NCBI GenBank assembly: GCA_943359395.1
Contig: CALRHH010000003.1
Location: 24,846 to 88,845, forward strand
Direction: 5' to 3'
From: Candidatus Nomurabacteria bacterium
Lineage (GTDB): Bacteria > Patescibacteriota > Minisyncoccia > Phycocordibacterales > UBA2100
Length of the DNA stretch: 64,000 bases
Shown here: piece after piece, positions 9,881-19,453 of the stretch
Layout of the letters: every line of letters starts with the position of its first letter
How positions within the stretch are numbered: the stretch's first letter is position 1
Notes under the pieces: model-generated
Told to the model about the DNA's origin: nothing
The model's database searches: none
What the model saw: the letters and a program-made list of their open reading frames with translations, nothing else
Position numbers and translations under genes: made by a program

Positions 9881-10046
9881 CGAGTGTACGTCGTGCGTAC
9901 GGAAATTGGAATGCTCTCACATAAGTGTCCACACCCACCGTCTTGTTTTTGCATGAAAGCGCAGTTGATGCGTTGTCTGTCACGGACATAAGAACATGGT
10001 ACAGTGCATACATCAGAAAAAGTAATTCTTCATACGCCCAAAATCT

Positions 10047-10742
10047 ATGTTTTTTAGAGATATCTTTAGCCGGACTCGTCACTCGATTCGCAGATTGAAG
10101 CCTCCGGTTCTGTATAGTGCGGTTGTAGATACAAGTAACTACACGTTGCTGGCAATCGGGACGTACACCCCCGCTTTACTTTTTTTGAACGAGTCGACGA
10201 TGGACACAGAGTATGTGCCGAGTGCGACGCTCGCCGACGACGTACTTCTTGTAATCAAGCCGGGACCCCGCGCGTATCCGGAGTTGTCGTGGGACAGCTC
10301 TAAGCGGACATTTAAGAAAACGAATCCCGCTATTGTCACAGAAGATATGCGGGAGCGCGCAGTGTTTGCTTCCCGGAAGGCACAGGCGATTGCGCAAGTT
10401 ATCCGAATGATAAATCGCTTCAGGAGCAGGATAAGCACTGGTTTTTTATTCCAAGAGGTTATCTATGCCGAGAAGGAAAGACAGGCCCGGGGCCTGAAAG
10501 ATGCAGGCTTTGCAGAAAAAAGTGGGGCCGAAGCTCCATACGTCGTCCAGTATGCCGACTTCTGCGGAATTCCGCTCCGGCAAGCGGCCGAGGAAATATT
10601 GCTTCAGGCTCAGCTCGACCACGAGCACCTTGCAAAGACGGAAAAAATACGGCTCGCTCTATTCAAAAAGATACGACTCGCAAAAACAAAGGAGGAGTTG
10701 GACGAAATTATCAACACCTACCGGGACGACGGGGTGGTATGA
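10047..10742 (+). CDS. Hypothetical protein; C-terminus resembles phage DUF4376/tail-assembly-like helical domains
   Basis: YAEKERQA...YVVQYADFCGIPLRQAAEEIL...EKIRL...IRLAKTKEELDEI pattern; ATGA overlap with next gene. Confidence 0.55.
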   Translation: MFFRDIFSRTRHSIRRLKPPVLYSAVVDTSNYTLLAIGTYTPALLFLNESTMDTEYVPSATLADDVLLVIKPGPRAYPELSWDSSKRTFKKTNPAIVTEDMRERAVFASRKAQAIAQVIRMINRFRSRISTGFLFQEVIYAEKERQARGLKDAGFAEKSGAEAPYVVQYADFCGIPLRQAAEEILLQAQLDHEHLAKTEKIRLALFKKIRLAKTKEELDEIINTYRDDGVV

Positions 10743-11836
10743 CGCGGCTCATCTACGCCCTCCCTTCAGCGATAGGCACTCCTTCCAACCTCGAACATCC
10801 GGGGATGCGACGCTACTCCTTGTTTTTCAAGCTCTACGGGAATTGGACAATACCGGTCGACAGGACCGGCACCGTCGCCATGCCCGTGAGAACTCTCTCG
10901 CTTTTCCCTATCCCGCAGTTCCGGCCGTTTTCGAAAACATTCGAAGAGCTCTGCGACGAGCGCGCCATACAGGTGCTCGCCGGTGCCGAAAGGCTTTCGA
11001 CTACCATGTACGTACTGTACTCAGGCGGGATAGACAGTACCTGCCTTCTCGTGTCCTTGCTCAAACACGCGACGCCAGAACAAAGGGAACATATCGTCGT
11101 GCTTCTGTCCCATGAGTCCATCGTGGAGAACCCTCGATTTTACGATGAGCATATCCGCGGGAAACTCCGCGTGGGCTCAAGCATTTCATTCACTGAGCTT
11201 ATTGGGGAAGACCGCTACTTGCTCTCCGCCGAGCACAACGACATGGTCATGGGGTCGGAGAAAATCGGAAAAATGATGACGCAGTACGGCCCTGAAAGCA
11301 TTTACCGGCCGTACAACCGGGAGACGGTTGCCGGACTTTTCTCGGCTGTGTTGTCTGGAGATACGGATATGGCTTATTTTTACGTGGATCTCTTCGAGCG
11401 TATACGCGACGTCGCGCCCGTGCCTATAGAAAACAACATGGATTTCCTCTGGTGGGCGAATTTCGTGGTCAAGTGGCAATCATGTTTCCATTACATCCTT
11501 TTGTTCACACCTCCGCGCAACGCGCACAAAGTCACGCAAAAGTATCTCGACAAGCGATTCATTTCTTTCTACAACACCGACGAGTTCCAGTTGTGGAGCA
11601 TGAACAACCCTGACAAACGCATCAAAGACACATGGAAGAGTTACAAGTGGGTGTGCAAGGACATCATTTACAAGTACAACAAGGATGCGGAGTATCGTGA
11701 CAACAAGACAAAAAAAGGCTCGCTTCTTCCTCTCATAGGATTTAATCCTCCATTTCGTTTTATTGCCGAGAATATGCGCTTTAGCAATGACGTACAGTTG
11801 GAAGAATACTTTAGTCCAGTAAATGACTTCACGTAA
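10739..11836 (+). CDS. N-type ATP pyrophosphatase (asparagine synthetase C-domain-like)
   Basis: YSGGIDST PP-loop, SAEHNDMV, FYNTDEFQLWS, YKWVCKDII...YRDNKTK. Confidence 0.7.
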   Translation: MTRLIYALPSAIGTPSNLEHPGMRRYSLFFKLYGNWTIPVDRTGTVAMPVRTLSLFPIPQFRPFSKTFEELCDERAIQVLAGAERLSTTMYVLYSGGIDSTCLLVSLLKHATPEQREHIVVLLSHESIVENPRFYDEHIRGKLRVGSSISFTELIGEDRYLLSAEHNDMVMGSEKIGKMMTQYGPESIYRPYNRETVAGLFSAVLSGDTDMAYFYVDLFERIRDVAPVPIENNMDFLWWANFVVKWQSCFHYILLFTPPRNAHKVTQKYLDKRFISFYNTDEFQLWSMNNPDKRIKDTWKSYKWVCKDIIYKYNKDAEYRDNKTKKGSLLPLIGFNPPFRFIAENMRFSNDVQLEEYFSPVNDFT

Positions 11837-11920
11837 GAGGGGCGGCACACTTCTCTCACGTCGCCGTACTATGCGGCAGTCTACTCAGGTCTTCAAGATT
11901 GCCGATGCTATACTTTCCGC

Positions 11921-13450
11921 ATGAAAAAAGATGCGCGTGTACTATTGGCGACACTCGCACTCATTGTCGCCGGCACTTTAGCGCTCAGTGCCCTTCCCGA
12001 AACGCGAGCGAAGCCCAATATAATTCTCATATCAATTGATAGTTTGCGACCCGACCATATGGGAATCTACGGATATTCACGGGAAACTACTCCGTACATT
12101 GACGCCTGGGCAAAAAACTCCGTCGTGCTCGATAACTATTTCGCCGCGGCGTACCTCACTCCCATTTCTGAAACGAGCGTCCACACGGGAAAGTACCCTT
12201 TTACAAACGGCGTCATTAATTTTGAATCCGGACTCTCAAGCGGAACACGCACGCTCGCAGAAATACTTCAAAACAACGGCTGGCAGACTGCCGCATTTGG
12301 CTCATCGCCTGAATTCAGCCGTGAGAGGCCGGCGTTGTTCCGGAATTTCTCGCGGGGATTTGACGTGTATGAGTTTGAAAAAAATGACGCGAATATAGCT
12401 TGGTATGGTAGAGGAAATTCGCCCGTTCCCGATGCTATCGCCTGGATGAATAAGACGGGGGGTTCGGGCGATAAACCTTTTTTTGTCTGGCTCGTCATCG
12501 GTAGTGCCCACTGGCCGTACGGCCAGGATGAGCCGGTGCATTTTAGCGACCCGGAATATGACGGATTCTTCAACGTACCCGCGAAGGCCTTCGAGAGTAC
12601 GTTGGCCGCGCTTTTCAACGGCCGCTACGGTCGTGTATACAACGGCGCTATGTACGACAACGGTAAAATAATCAAAAATGACGCATCGGCAGACCTCAAA
12701 TACATAGTCGACCGTTATGACGATGGCCTCGTCTCGACCGATCGGTCGCTGAAAAATCTTTTCGAATTTCTCAACATGCCGCAGATGCACAACACCATCG
12801 TAATCTTGCAATCGGAACACGGCGAAGACCTGGGAGATCGCGGCACTGTCGCCCATTACGATATTTCAGACGTCACCGTTCATGCGCCGCTCATCATACA
12901 AATGCCAGGGCTTCCCGCACATCGCTCCAGCACTCTCGTTTCAGGCGTTGACCTCGCGCCCACGCTCCTCAGCGCACTCAACCTCGACAGTGAAGCGGCC
13001 GGCATGGACGGAAAAAGCTTTTATCCATTTCTCTCCAGCTCCGAGGGCGTCTCGCGTACTGAAGTGTTTCTCGCCCGGACTCCGTTGTGGGAGAGAGTCA
13101 TTGCTCCACCCGAGCCTTGGCTCGCGCCATTCGTGGCGGAGGACAACATCGAACATTTCTACGATACGGGGATCCGGACGGACGATTGGAAGTTGATACA
13201 CCGGCTCGCGCGAGACGCTATCGCGCAATACTCTTGGTATGGACGTCTTACGGGTGTACCTGTTGTATTACCTGAATATCAGCTCTATGACCTCAAGAAC
13301 GACCCCGAAGAACGAAACGATGTCTATGACACACGTAAGAATGACAACGTGGTGAGTGCCTTGCGGGACAAATTGAACGCGTGGGAGAAAAAGATGAATG
13401 AGTCTTTGCCGAGCTATTCACCTCCTGAGCAAATACAGCCATACTTCTAA
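11921..13450 (+). CDS. Exported sulfatase-like hydrolase/transferase (alkaline phosphatase superfamily)
   Basis: PNIILISIDSLRPDH, SEHGE, DLAPTLL, LYDLKNDPEE; signal/TM; TPISE instead of CxPxR. Confidence 0.85.
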   Translation: MKKDARVLLATLALIVAGTLALSALPETRAKPNIILISIDSLRPDHMGIYGYSRETTPYIDAWAKNSVVLDNYFAAAYLTPISETSVHTGKYPFTNGVINFESGLSSGTRTLAEILQNNGWQTAAFGSSPEFSRERPALFRNFSRGFDVYEFEKNDANIAWYGRGNSPVPDAIAWMNKTGGSGDKPFFVWLVIGSAHWPYGQDEPVHFSDPEYDGFFNVPAKAFESTLAALFNGRYGRVYNGAMYDNGKIIKNDASADLKYIVDRYDDGLVSTDRSLKNLFEFLNMPQMHNTIVILQSEHGEDLGDRGTVAHYDISDVTVHAPLIIQMPGLPAHRSSTLVSGVDLAPTLLSALNLDSEAAGMDGKSFYPFLSSSEGVSRTEVFLARTPLWERVIAPPEPWLAPFVAEDNIEHFYDTGIRTDDWKLIHRLARDAIAQYSWYGRLTGVPVVLPEYQLYDLKNDPEERNDVYDTRKNDNVVSALRDKLNAWEKKMNESLPSYSPPEQIQPYF

Positions 13451-13477
13451 CCTGCCGTGCTACGATGTGATTCCAAT

Positions 13478-14914
13478 ATGAAAACACGCAAAGCATATTC
13501 TCGCGGTTTTTCCGTCGCCTTCGGATTAGCGGCAGTTGCCCTCGTCGCAATTTTCATTTTTGTACTGACCCGGCCGGCGCAGCACCCTGCAGTATGTCCG
13601 GATTGTAATGTGATTATCGTTGGCATTGATACGCTCCGGGCGGACCGGGTGCACGCGTTTGGTTACCAGAGGGAAACGACGCCGAATCTCGACAAGCTCG
13701 CGACAAATGGATACGTCTTTACCAATGCCGTCTCCGCTTCCAGCTGGACCGTTCCGTCTTTCATGTCGATTATGACGAGCGTGTATCCGTCGGTTCACAA
13801 GGTGGTCAATAAATTTTCGACCTTCAATGCGAAAGAGAAGAAAATATCAAATCTCAAAGAACTCTCGCCGCAGATAACGACGCTTGCAGAGGCAATGAGA
13901 AAAGCCGGGTACGCAACCGGCGGATTCACGGGCGATGCCGGGGTTTCCGGTCAATTCGGATACAAAGAGGGGTTCGACGTGTACACCGACGAAAAAGCGT
14001 TCGGCGGCCTTTCAAACAGTGAGGGGCACGCGCTCGGATGGCTCGACTCGCTGCAAAAAGACAAGAAATTCCTCATGTTTTTCCACGGATACGATTTGCA
14101 CGGGCAGTTTGATATACCAATCGACCTGCAGCGCTTCGTTCCCTCAGGGTACCGAGGTTCGCACACCGGTTTGCATGACGACGAAGCGGCGTTGAGGGAG
14201 GCGCAGCTCCACGGACCGCTGTCTTACAACGACGCCGATGTGGAGTTCTGGAATGGTTTATATGACAGCAAGATCCGTGCGGCGGACGAACAACTGGGTC
14301 ATTTTCTCGCGGAGCTCGAAAAGCGCGACGTGCTCAAGAATACCGTAATCATCGTGCTTTCGGATCATGGCGAGGAGTGGTTTGAACACGGCGGCATCGA
14401 CCACGGCCATACACTCTACGATGAACTCGTCCATGTGCCGCTCGTCATACACGTACCCGGCGGCGGCACTGCATCAATACCTGGGCAAATTTCCACTATG
14501 GATGTGGCGCCGACAATCTTCGACATACTCGGCATCATTCCTGATGATGCGTTTAGGAAGCAGGCGTACGGTCAAAGCCTCGTACCTTATTTCTCCGGCA
14601 AAAAAGACGGCCGTGATGTATTCCTTGAGACGGACTACCGCGACGCTATTCATAAACGTGCCGTGCGCAGTGCAGATGGATGGAAATACATCCGTAACAT
14701 GGTGAACGGAGAGGAGGAACTCTACGATTTGAATGCTGATCCTGCGGAGAAACAAAATCTCATTTCATCAAGGCAGAAAAAAGCTGATGATTTGAAGGCA
14801 AAGCTCTTCGCGCACATCACGAATGACCTTCACGCCGACCCTGCGGCTCGTTTTGAAGTAGGGTGTCTGCCGGTCTATCCGACCGAATGTCTCGAGAAAG
14901 CCGTGCTGCAATAA
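13478..14914 (+). CDS. Exported sulfatase-like hydrolase/transferase
   Basis: NVIIVGIDTLRAD, SWTVPSF, SDHGEE, HGHTLY, ELYDLNADPAE; N-terminal TM. Confidence 0.85.
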   Translation: MKTRKAYSRGFSVAFGLAAVALVAIFIFVLTRPAQHPAVCPDCNVIIVGIDTLRADRVHAFGYQRETTPNLDKLATNGYVFTNAVSASSWTVPSFMSIMTSVYPSVHKVVNKFSTFNAKEKKISNLKELSPQITTLAEAMRKAGYATGGFTGDAGVSGQFGYKEGFDVYTDEKAFGGLSNSEGHALGWLDSLQKDKKFLMFFHGYDLHGQFDIPIDLQRFVPSGYRGSHTGLHDDEAALREAQLHGPLSYNDADVEFWNGLYDSKIRAADEQLGHFLAELEKRDVLKNTVIIVLSDHGEEWFEHGGIDHGHTLYDELVHVPLVIHVPGGGTASIPGQISTMDVAPTIFDILGIIPDDAFRKQAYGQSLVPYFSGKKDGRDVFLETDYRDAIHKRAVRSADGWKYIRNMVNGEEELYDLNADPAEKQNLISSRQKKADDLKAKLFAHITNDLHADPAARFEVGCLPVYPTECLEKAVLQ

Positions 14915-15045
14915 AAGATGCGGCTGCCAAGACTGCCGGAACTCGACCTTCTCAAGCTTTCCCTTGGCTCTTTCGTAGGCCTTATGGAAAACCCCGGAGA
15001 GACGGACGATTTCTTGTCACACGAGGAGCGGATGGTCAATCAATA

Positions 15046-15080
15046 CAAAAACCGCCCGCTGTATGGCGGGCGGTCTTTTG
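15046..15080. terminator. Bidirectional intrinsic terminator
   Basis: AAAAACCGCCCGC-TGTATG-GCGGGCGGTCTTTT between convergent genes. Confidence 0.7.
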
Positions 15081-15097
15081 AAACATGGCGCGACTCA

Positions 15098-16045
15098 CTA
15101 GGAATTTTGAATCCGCTTCACCAAGTCTTTTGAGTTGAAATAGTCGGCATACATATCGTATACCTTTGATGTGATGTCCTTAAACTTCTCTATTTCGCCT
15201 GCCGGCATACGGACAACCTCGACACCCTCGCGCTCACACTGCGAGAGAATATTCGGAATATCTGCAACCGATTCTTTGCGCTCCAAGCGTGCGGCGTTTT
15301 GAGCGGCCTTGACCATGATTTTCTGCGTCTTGCTGTCAAGCGACTGAAAGAAGTCCTGATTTACGATGATGGAGGTGAGGAAGAGGCTGTGCGCTGTATC
15401 ATTGACGTACTTGAACGACTTATTGTGTTCGAGAGGAAATACGCGCACATACGTCGATTCGCCGGCATCAATAACGCCTTCGTCCGCCGCCCTGTTCATC
15501 TCCTCAAGAGGAATTCCTTCGTAATGAGTAGCGCCAAGAAGCTCAAACGTATCGACGGCTATAGGGCTGCGACTGGTGCGAACCCTCATCCCCTTCCAGG
15601 AATCAACCGTGTCGGCTCTGAAATTCGCCGGGACAATGCGGTATCCGCCCGAGTAGGTGAAGCTCATCGCTTTAATGTTGGATTGCTTCGATACACCCGC
15701 TAATAGTTCGGCTCCGATTTCTCCGTCGAGAACAGCGTCCGCATGCTTGTGGTCACGAAACAGGAACGGGAGGTCGAGAGCGTGCAGGTCCTTGTTGTGA
15801 TCGGCAAGCCACGTCGTATAAATATGGCTCATCTCAATTGCACCCGAATCAATAAGCCCGAGCAAGGCATCTTTAGTGATTTTCTTACCGTTGTTGTATT
15901 TCGTTGCATAATCACTGAGCGAGAGAACCTCGATGTCGAATTTTCCACCTGTTTTTTCATTCACCTCTTTGGTGAATCTCTCGGCCACCTTCAGGAAGAG
16001 CCCTATCGGCTCATGCGCTATTACCCAGCGAATTTTTTTGGTCAT
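15098..16045 (-). CDS. TRAP-type substrate-binding protein (DctP-like) without signal peptide
   Basis: LDLPFLFRD, FTYSGGYR, GMRVR, HSLFLT; probable start MTKKIRWVIAHEP at 16045. Confidence 0.8.
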   Translation of the reverse strand: MTKKIRWVIAHEPIGLFLKVAERFTKEVNEKTGGKFDIEVLSLSDYATKYNNGKKITKDALLGLIDSGAIEMSHIYTTWLADHNKDLHALDLPFLFRDHKHADAVLDGEIGAELLAGVSKQSNIKAMSFTYSGGYRIVPANFRADTVDSWKGMRVRTSRSPIAVDTFELLGATHYEGIPLEEMNRAADEGVIDAGESTYVRVFPLEHNKSFKYVNDTAHSLFLTSIIVNQDFFQSLDSKTQKIMVKAAQNAARLERKESVADIPNILSQCEREGVEVVRMPAGEIEKFKDITSKVYDMYADYFNSKDLVKRIQNS

Positions 16046-16227
16046 ATTATTTATTCTTAATTTGATAATTGCTGCTAATGAAGTGTTGTTGCACCACCAA
16101 ACAATAGGTCGACAAACGCCTATTGTATACATGGTACCCCTTTAGGGAGCTCTATAGAAAATGAACTGTGGATAACAGGCAGAGCATGGCAATAAAGCAA
16201 GCCGCCCACCCCTTCCCCGGAGAACGA

Positions 16228-17158
16228 TCATCCGGCGGCCTCGATATGGAGGGGTCCGCTTATTGCATCCGATGCCCAGTGGAGGCGCAGGTTGGGGTAC
16301 GGACGGGCGACCCACATGCCGCCGATAGGTTCCCACGTCTCGTGTCCGGGATGAAAACCAAAATAAGGCCGGAGCATAACGTTATACGGCGTTCCACCGA
16401 TATCCATCTTCATGGGGGCGATAAACGGCTGGAGGAGCATATGCTGATTCCGCTGAAGTGCTTCCGTTATTTGAGTGCGCGTGGACTTTCCCTTGAGGCC
16501 TCGACCCCAGGTAAACACGTCGTGAGCCTGCATCCCGTTCACCGGTTTTACGGTAAACGATCCGTGCCAAGGCAACATCGCTTCGTCGCTGACTTCTCTC
16601 CACCAGCCGAGCTTGATTCCGTAGGATTTACTATGCCGGTACCACAGCGGCGTGACCGAGCGGGCGGTAAGTAAACCGAACAGTTCTTTGAACCGGGGGT
16701 CGTCTCTACGCATCCCATTACGGATGAAAAGAAGGGCACCGCTTTCTGTCGCCTCGGGAAGGGGTATCTCAGGGAGCCATAGATGCTCGTCTTGAGTAGT
16801 ATTTGGAATAGGACCGACGACGAGCGAAAATGGCGGCCACACCTTTTCTTTAAAATTGGTAAGTGTATTCTTGAAATCAGATGAAACAATCGCCCCGTAA
16901 CCCATACCGATAGGACAGCTTTCTATTTCGTACGAGAGAAAATCCTTTTTGTCGCCGGAGAGAACTCCGTCGAAACGCGCGACGATGCTCGGGACGCCCC
17001 ATTGTGTTTGCGGAAACGTCCCTTCTTGGGGATATACCTTCCCCCATGCATCAAGTGTCGCGACCATCTGTTTTGTTACAACAGTAAGGTATGGTGAATG
17101 TGATGTCTGTCGTATAGGAGAATATCCGGCCGGCGTGCGTATATGTGCGGATATTCAT
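16228..17158 (-). pseudogene. ATP-grasp-like (glutathionylspermidine synthase-like) ligase, +1 frameshift after codon 24
   Basis: Paralogue of 17824..18747 (RFD, YEIE, VKP, QPFIAP, RLHWASDAISGPL). ATG 17158 overlaps upstream stop; one extra T at 17086. Confidence 0.6.
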
Positions 17159-17739
17159 GAATGAGCGTGCTCTTGTATAAGTTCCCAGAGGGCGGAAATC
17201 TTCTGGTCGGCAATCTGTTGTGCGGCGATTCCCTCTTTGCCGGAAGTCCGGTGAAAAAAAATGGGGGTGGCTGGCGGAAACGGCTGCTGTTTTGCATGCG
17301 CCTTCTCACGCCTCCGTAAAGCACCGTCAACGGATTCTATTTTGCCTGCCTGACGTATACGTTCCAAGCGTACTCTAACCGAAGCTTCGTCGGATTCTAT
17401 CCACACAAAAACTACTGGCGTGTAGTACTTTCGTGCTTCTGACAGAAAATACTCACGTGGGATATCACGGTGAAATGTATCGTCTACGACGACATCCGGG
17501 TACATTTTCGACAACAGAGGAAAATCTTTGCAAACGTTTTCGTATACTTTTACGCGGTCCTTATCCGTCCTTGGTTGCAGGATTCTGAAATCGCCACGCC
17601 GGTCGAACGTTGGGTGCCGGATTTTCTTCCTATCAATATCGTAGTGATACAATCCGAATCTTGCCGCAAGCTGATCGGCAAGCGTCCGCGCCCCGTTTCC
17701 AAGTAACCCGCCAAGTACGACAAGCATACGTGAGCACAT
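17155..17739 (-). CDS. P-loop kinase-like protein with degenerate Walker A
   Basis: LVVLGGLLGNGARTLA, VVVDDTF, VRVRLERI; NMP/gluconate kinase-like layout. Confidence 0.6.
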   Translation of the reverse strand: MCSRMLVVLGGLLGNGARTLADQLAARFGLYHYDIDRKKIRHPTFDRRGDFRILQPRTDKDRVKVYENVCKDFPLLSKMYPDVVVDDTFHRDIPREYFLSEARKYYTPVVFVWIESDEASVRVRLERIRQAGKIESVDGALRRREKAHAKQQPFPPATPIFFHRTSGKEGIAAQQIADQKISALWELIQEHAHS

Positions 17740-17823
17740 AGTAGCCCCGTGTGAGAAAATTGCATACAGCCGTGAAGAAAATCATGGAAGAAGTATGCTA
17801 CCCTATAGTCCCGTAACTGAATC

Positions 17824-18747
17824 ATGAAACTCAAATCTATCCGGCATCACGACCAGACGTTTACATACACTGACCACACCCTGACATTCCCCTCGTTCGC
17901 CACAGATGCGCTCCATCGTGCACTTGTGCAGTGGCAAAAGGTCTTTCCCCGCGAAGAGACGCTCATACAGATGCGGCACGACGTGCCGAGCCTGTTCGTG
18001 CGTTTCGACTGCGTCATTTCGCCGGCGGGCGATGTCCGGATATACGAATTGCAGGAGGGGTGCGCATGGGTCGGATACACGGGAATCGCGAACTCGGCAT
18101 TCCGTGGGATTCGCGACAGAATAGTTCAGGAGGAATGGCCTCATCTTAGGGTACTTCGCTCAGACAAGCAGACCGACAAAGACGATGACTTGTGGCTCTC
18201 GCGCTCGAATATCACGGAGGCACTCAGGAGTCCGGACCCACTTATGGTGCGAAGCAACATGCCGCTTCTCGCGGAGGAACTACGCACCATCATCATCAGG
18301 AAATCCGTACGACCCGTCATGATGCACAACGACAAGAGCTACGGCGAGGCTCTCGGATGGTGGCGGGTGGTGGATTGGGAGGAGAGTTCACACGGAGAAG
18401 AGAAGATTCCATGGCACGAGGCCTTCGTATTGAAACCGCGGTTCGGGTTCGGGAGTTCGGATATCATGCTCTGGAATCCACATAACCGCGTCGGGAGAGC
18501 GACACGGACTCAGGTACTGCGCGTGCTCAAAAGACGCGGCACGATGTACCTCCAGCCTTACATACCCCCAATGCATATGGATATCGACGGTACTCCGTAT
18601 AATTTTATATACCGGCCGTATTTCATATACTCCGGAAAACAAAAACAGTGGGTGCCGGCCCATGGTATATGGACCGCGCGTCCGCATCCCGCTCTCAGAA
18701 TCCACGGAGCATCCGATGCGATAAGCGGCCCGCTCAAGATGCAATAG
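17824..18747 (+). CDS. ATP-grasp-like (glutathionylspermidine synthase-like) ligase
   Basis: VRFDCV, IYELQE, DKSY, FVLKPRFGFGSSDI, YLQPYIPP, RIHGASDA. Confidence 0.65.
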   Translation: MKLKSIRHHDQTFTYTDHTLTFPSFATDALHRALVQWQKVFPREETLIQMRHDVPSLFVRFDCVISPAGDVRIYELQEGCAWVGYTGIANSAFRGIRDRIVQEEWPHLRVLRSDKQTDKDDDLWLSRSNITEALRSPDPLMVRSNMPLLAEELRTIIIRKSVRPVMMHNDKSYGEALGWWRVVDWEESSHGEEKIPWHEAFVLKPRFGFGSSDIMLWNPHNRVGRATRTQVLRVLKRRGTMYLQPYIPPMHMDIDGTPYNFIYRPYFIYSGKQKQWVPAHGIWTARPHPALRIHGASDAISGPLKMQ

Positions 18748-18934
18748 CACATACCCAACCTCCCGTTTGAAGCGTTAATCCTCAGACGCACCAGCGTGCT
18801 AAACTCGCGTCATGACTTGGCGGAAAGCGCAGGGTATCGGAATAGACGTACTGGCAATATCGACCATGGCGAGAGAGAAACCAAATAGAAGGGGCGCCTA
18901 CAACGGCGCCCTTCTCAGGTTTGCCGAGCATCAG

Positions 18935-19174
18935 TCAGCGCCGCTCAACGCGGGTGTCCTGAACCTTGCGGGACATCCACTCGCCAGTCTGCATACACGC
19001 GGCGTGGAACTTGGGGCACTCCCCGAGACACTTTTGCGAGCTGTTAAACTCTGTGGTGCAGACCCGCACGCACATTTTGCGATAGCCAGTGCAGGTCTCA
19101 GCACTCGCCGTCGACGAAACGGCAAACACCGCCCCGGCGCACAAGGCAACGGTCAGAAGAGCAATTCTCCGCAT
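18935..19174 (-). CDS. Small secreted six-Cys peptide
   Basis: Signal peptide ending ASA; GGAGG SD; TTGACT-17-TATTGT promoter at 19239..19267; hairpin at ~18888..18914. Confidence 0.75.
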   Translation of the reverse strand: MRRIALLTVALCAGAVFAVSSTASAETCTGYRKMCVRVCTTEFNSSQKCLGECPKFHAACMQTGEWMSRKVQDTRVERR

Positions 19175-19412
19175 GATTCCCTCCTCGGAAATGCGAGCCT
19201 ATCGCGACATTCTTGCGTCACGATTTCAGACTGCGCTCACAATACAATTGTTAGTACCATGAGTCAATTCTAGAGAAACCCCTCAATCAAAGAACCCCGT
19301 CCGATGGGATTTAAAATCTCTGCGCCGCAGTCCCTGGGAGCTTGCGGCGTGAATCTAAAGCCGCCCTTGGAGGGCATATTTGTTTATGGTCTCCGCATTG
19401 GATGCGTCGCCC

Positions 19413-19453
19413 GTGATTTTCTGATTTCTCTTGGAGAGAAATCAGAAAATCAC
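19413..19453 (-). terminator. Perfect 19-bp hairpin overlapping the rpsJ stop
   Basis: GTGATTTTCTGATTTCTCT-TGG-AGAGAAATCAGAAAATCAC. Confidence 0.6.

Noticed and set aside
5855-11836. Canonical lasso peptide cluster
   Set aside because: No transglutaminase-like B protein, RRE or typical lasso leader was recognised; only the cyclase-like fold is shared.
14918-15133. 71-aa ORF after the sulfatases
   Set aside because: Runs through a terminator and into the convergent dctP; likely spurious.
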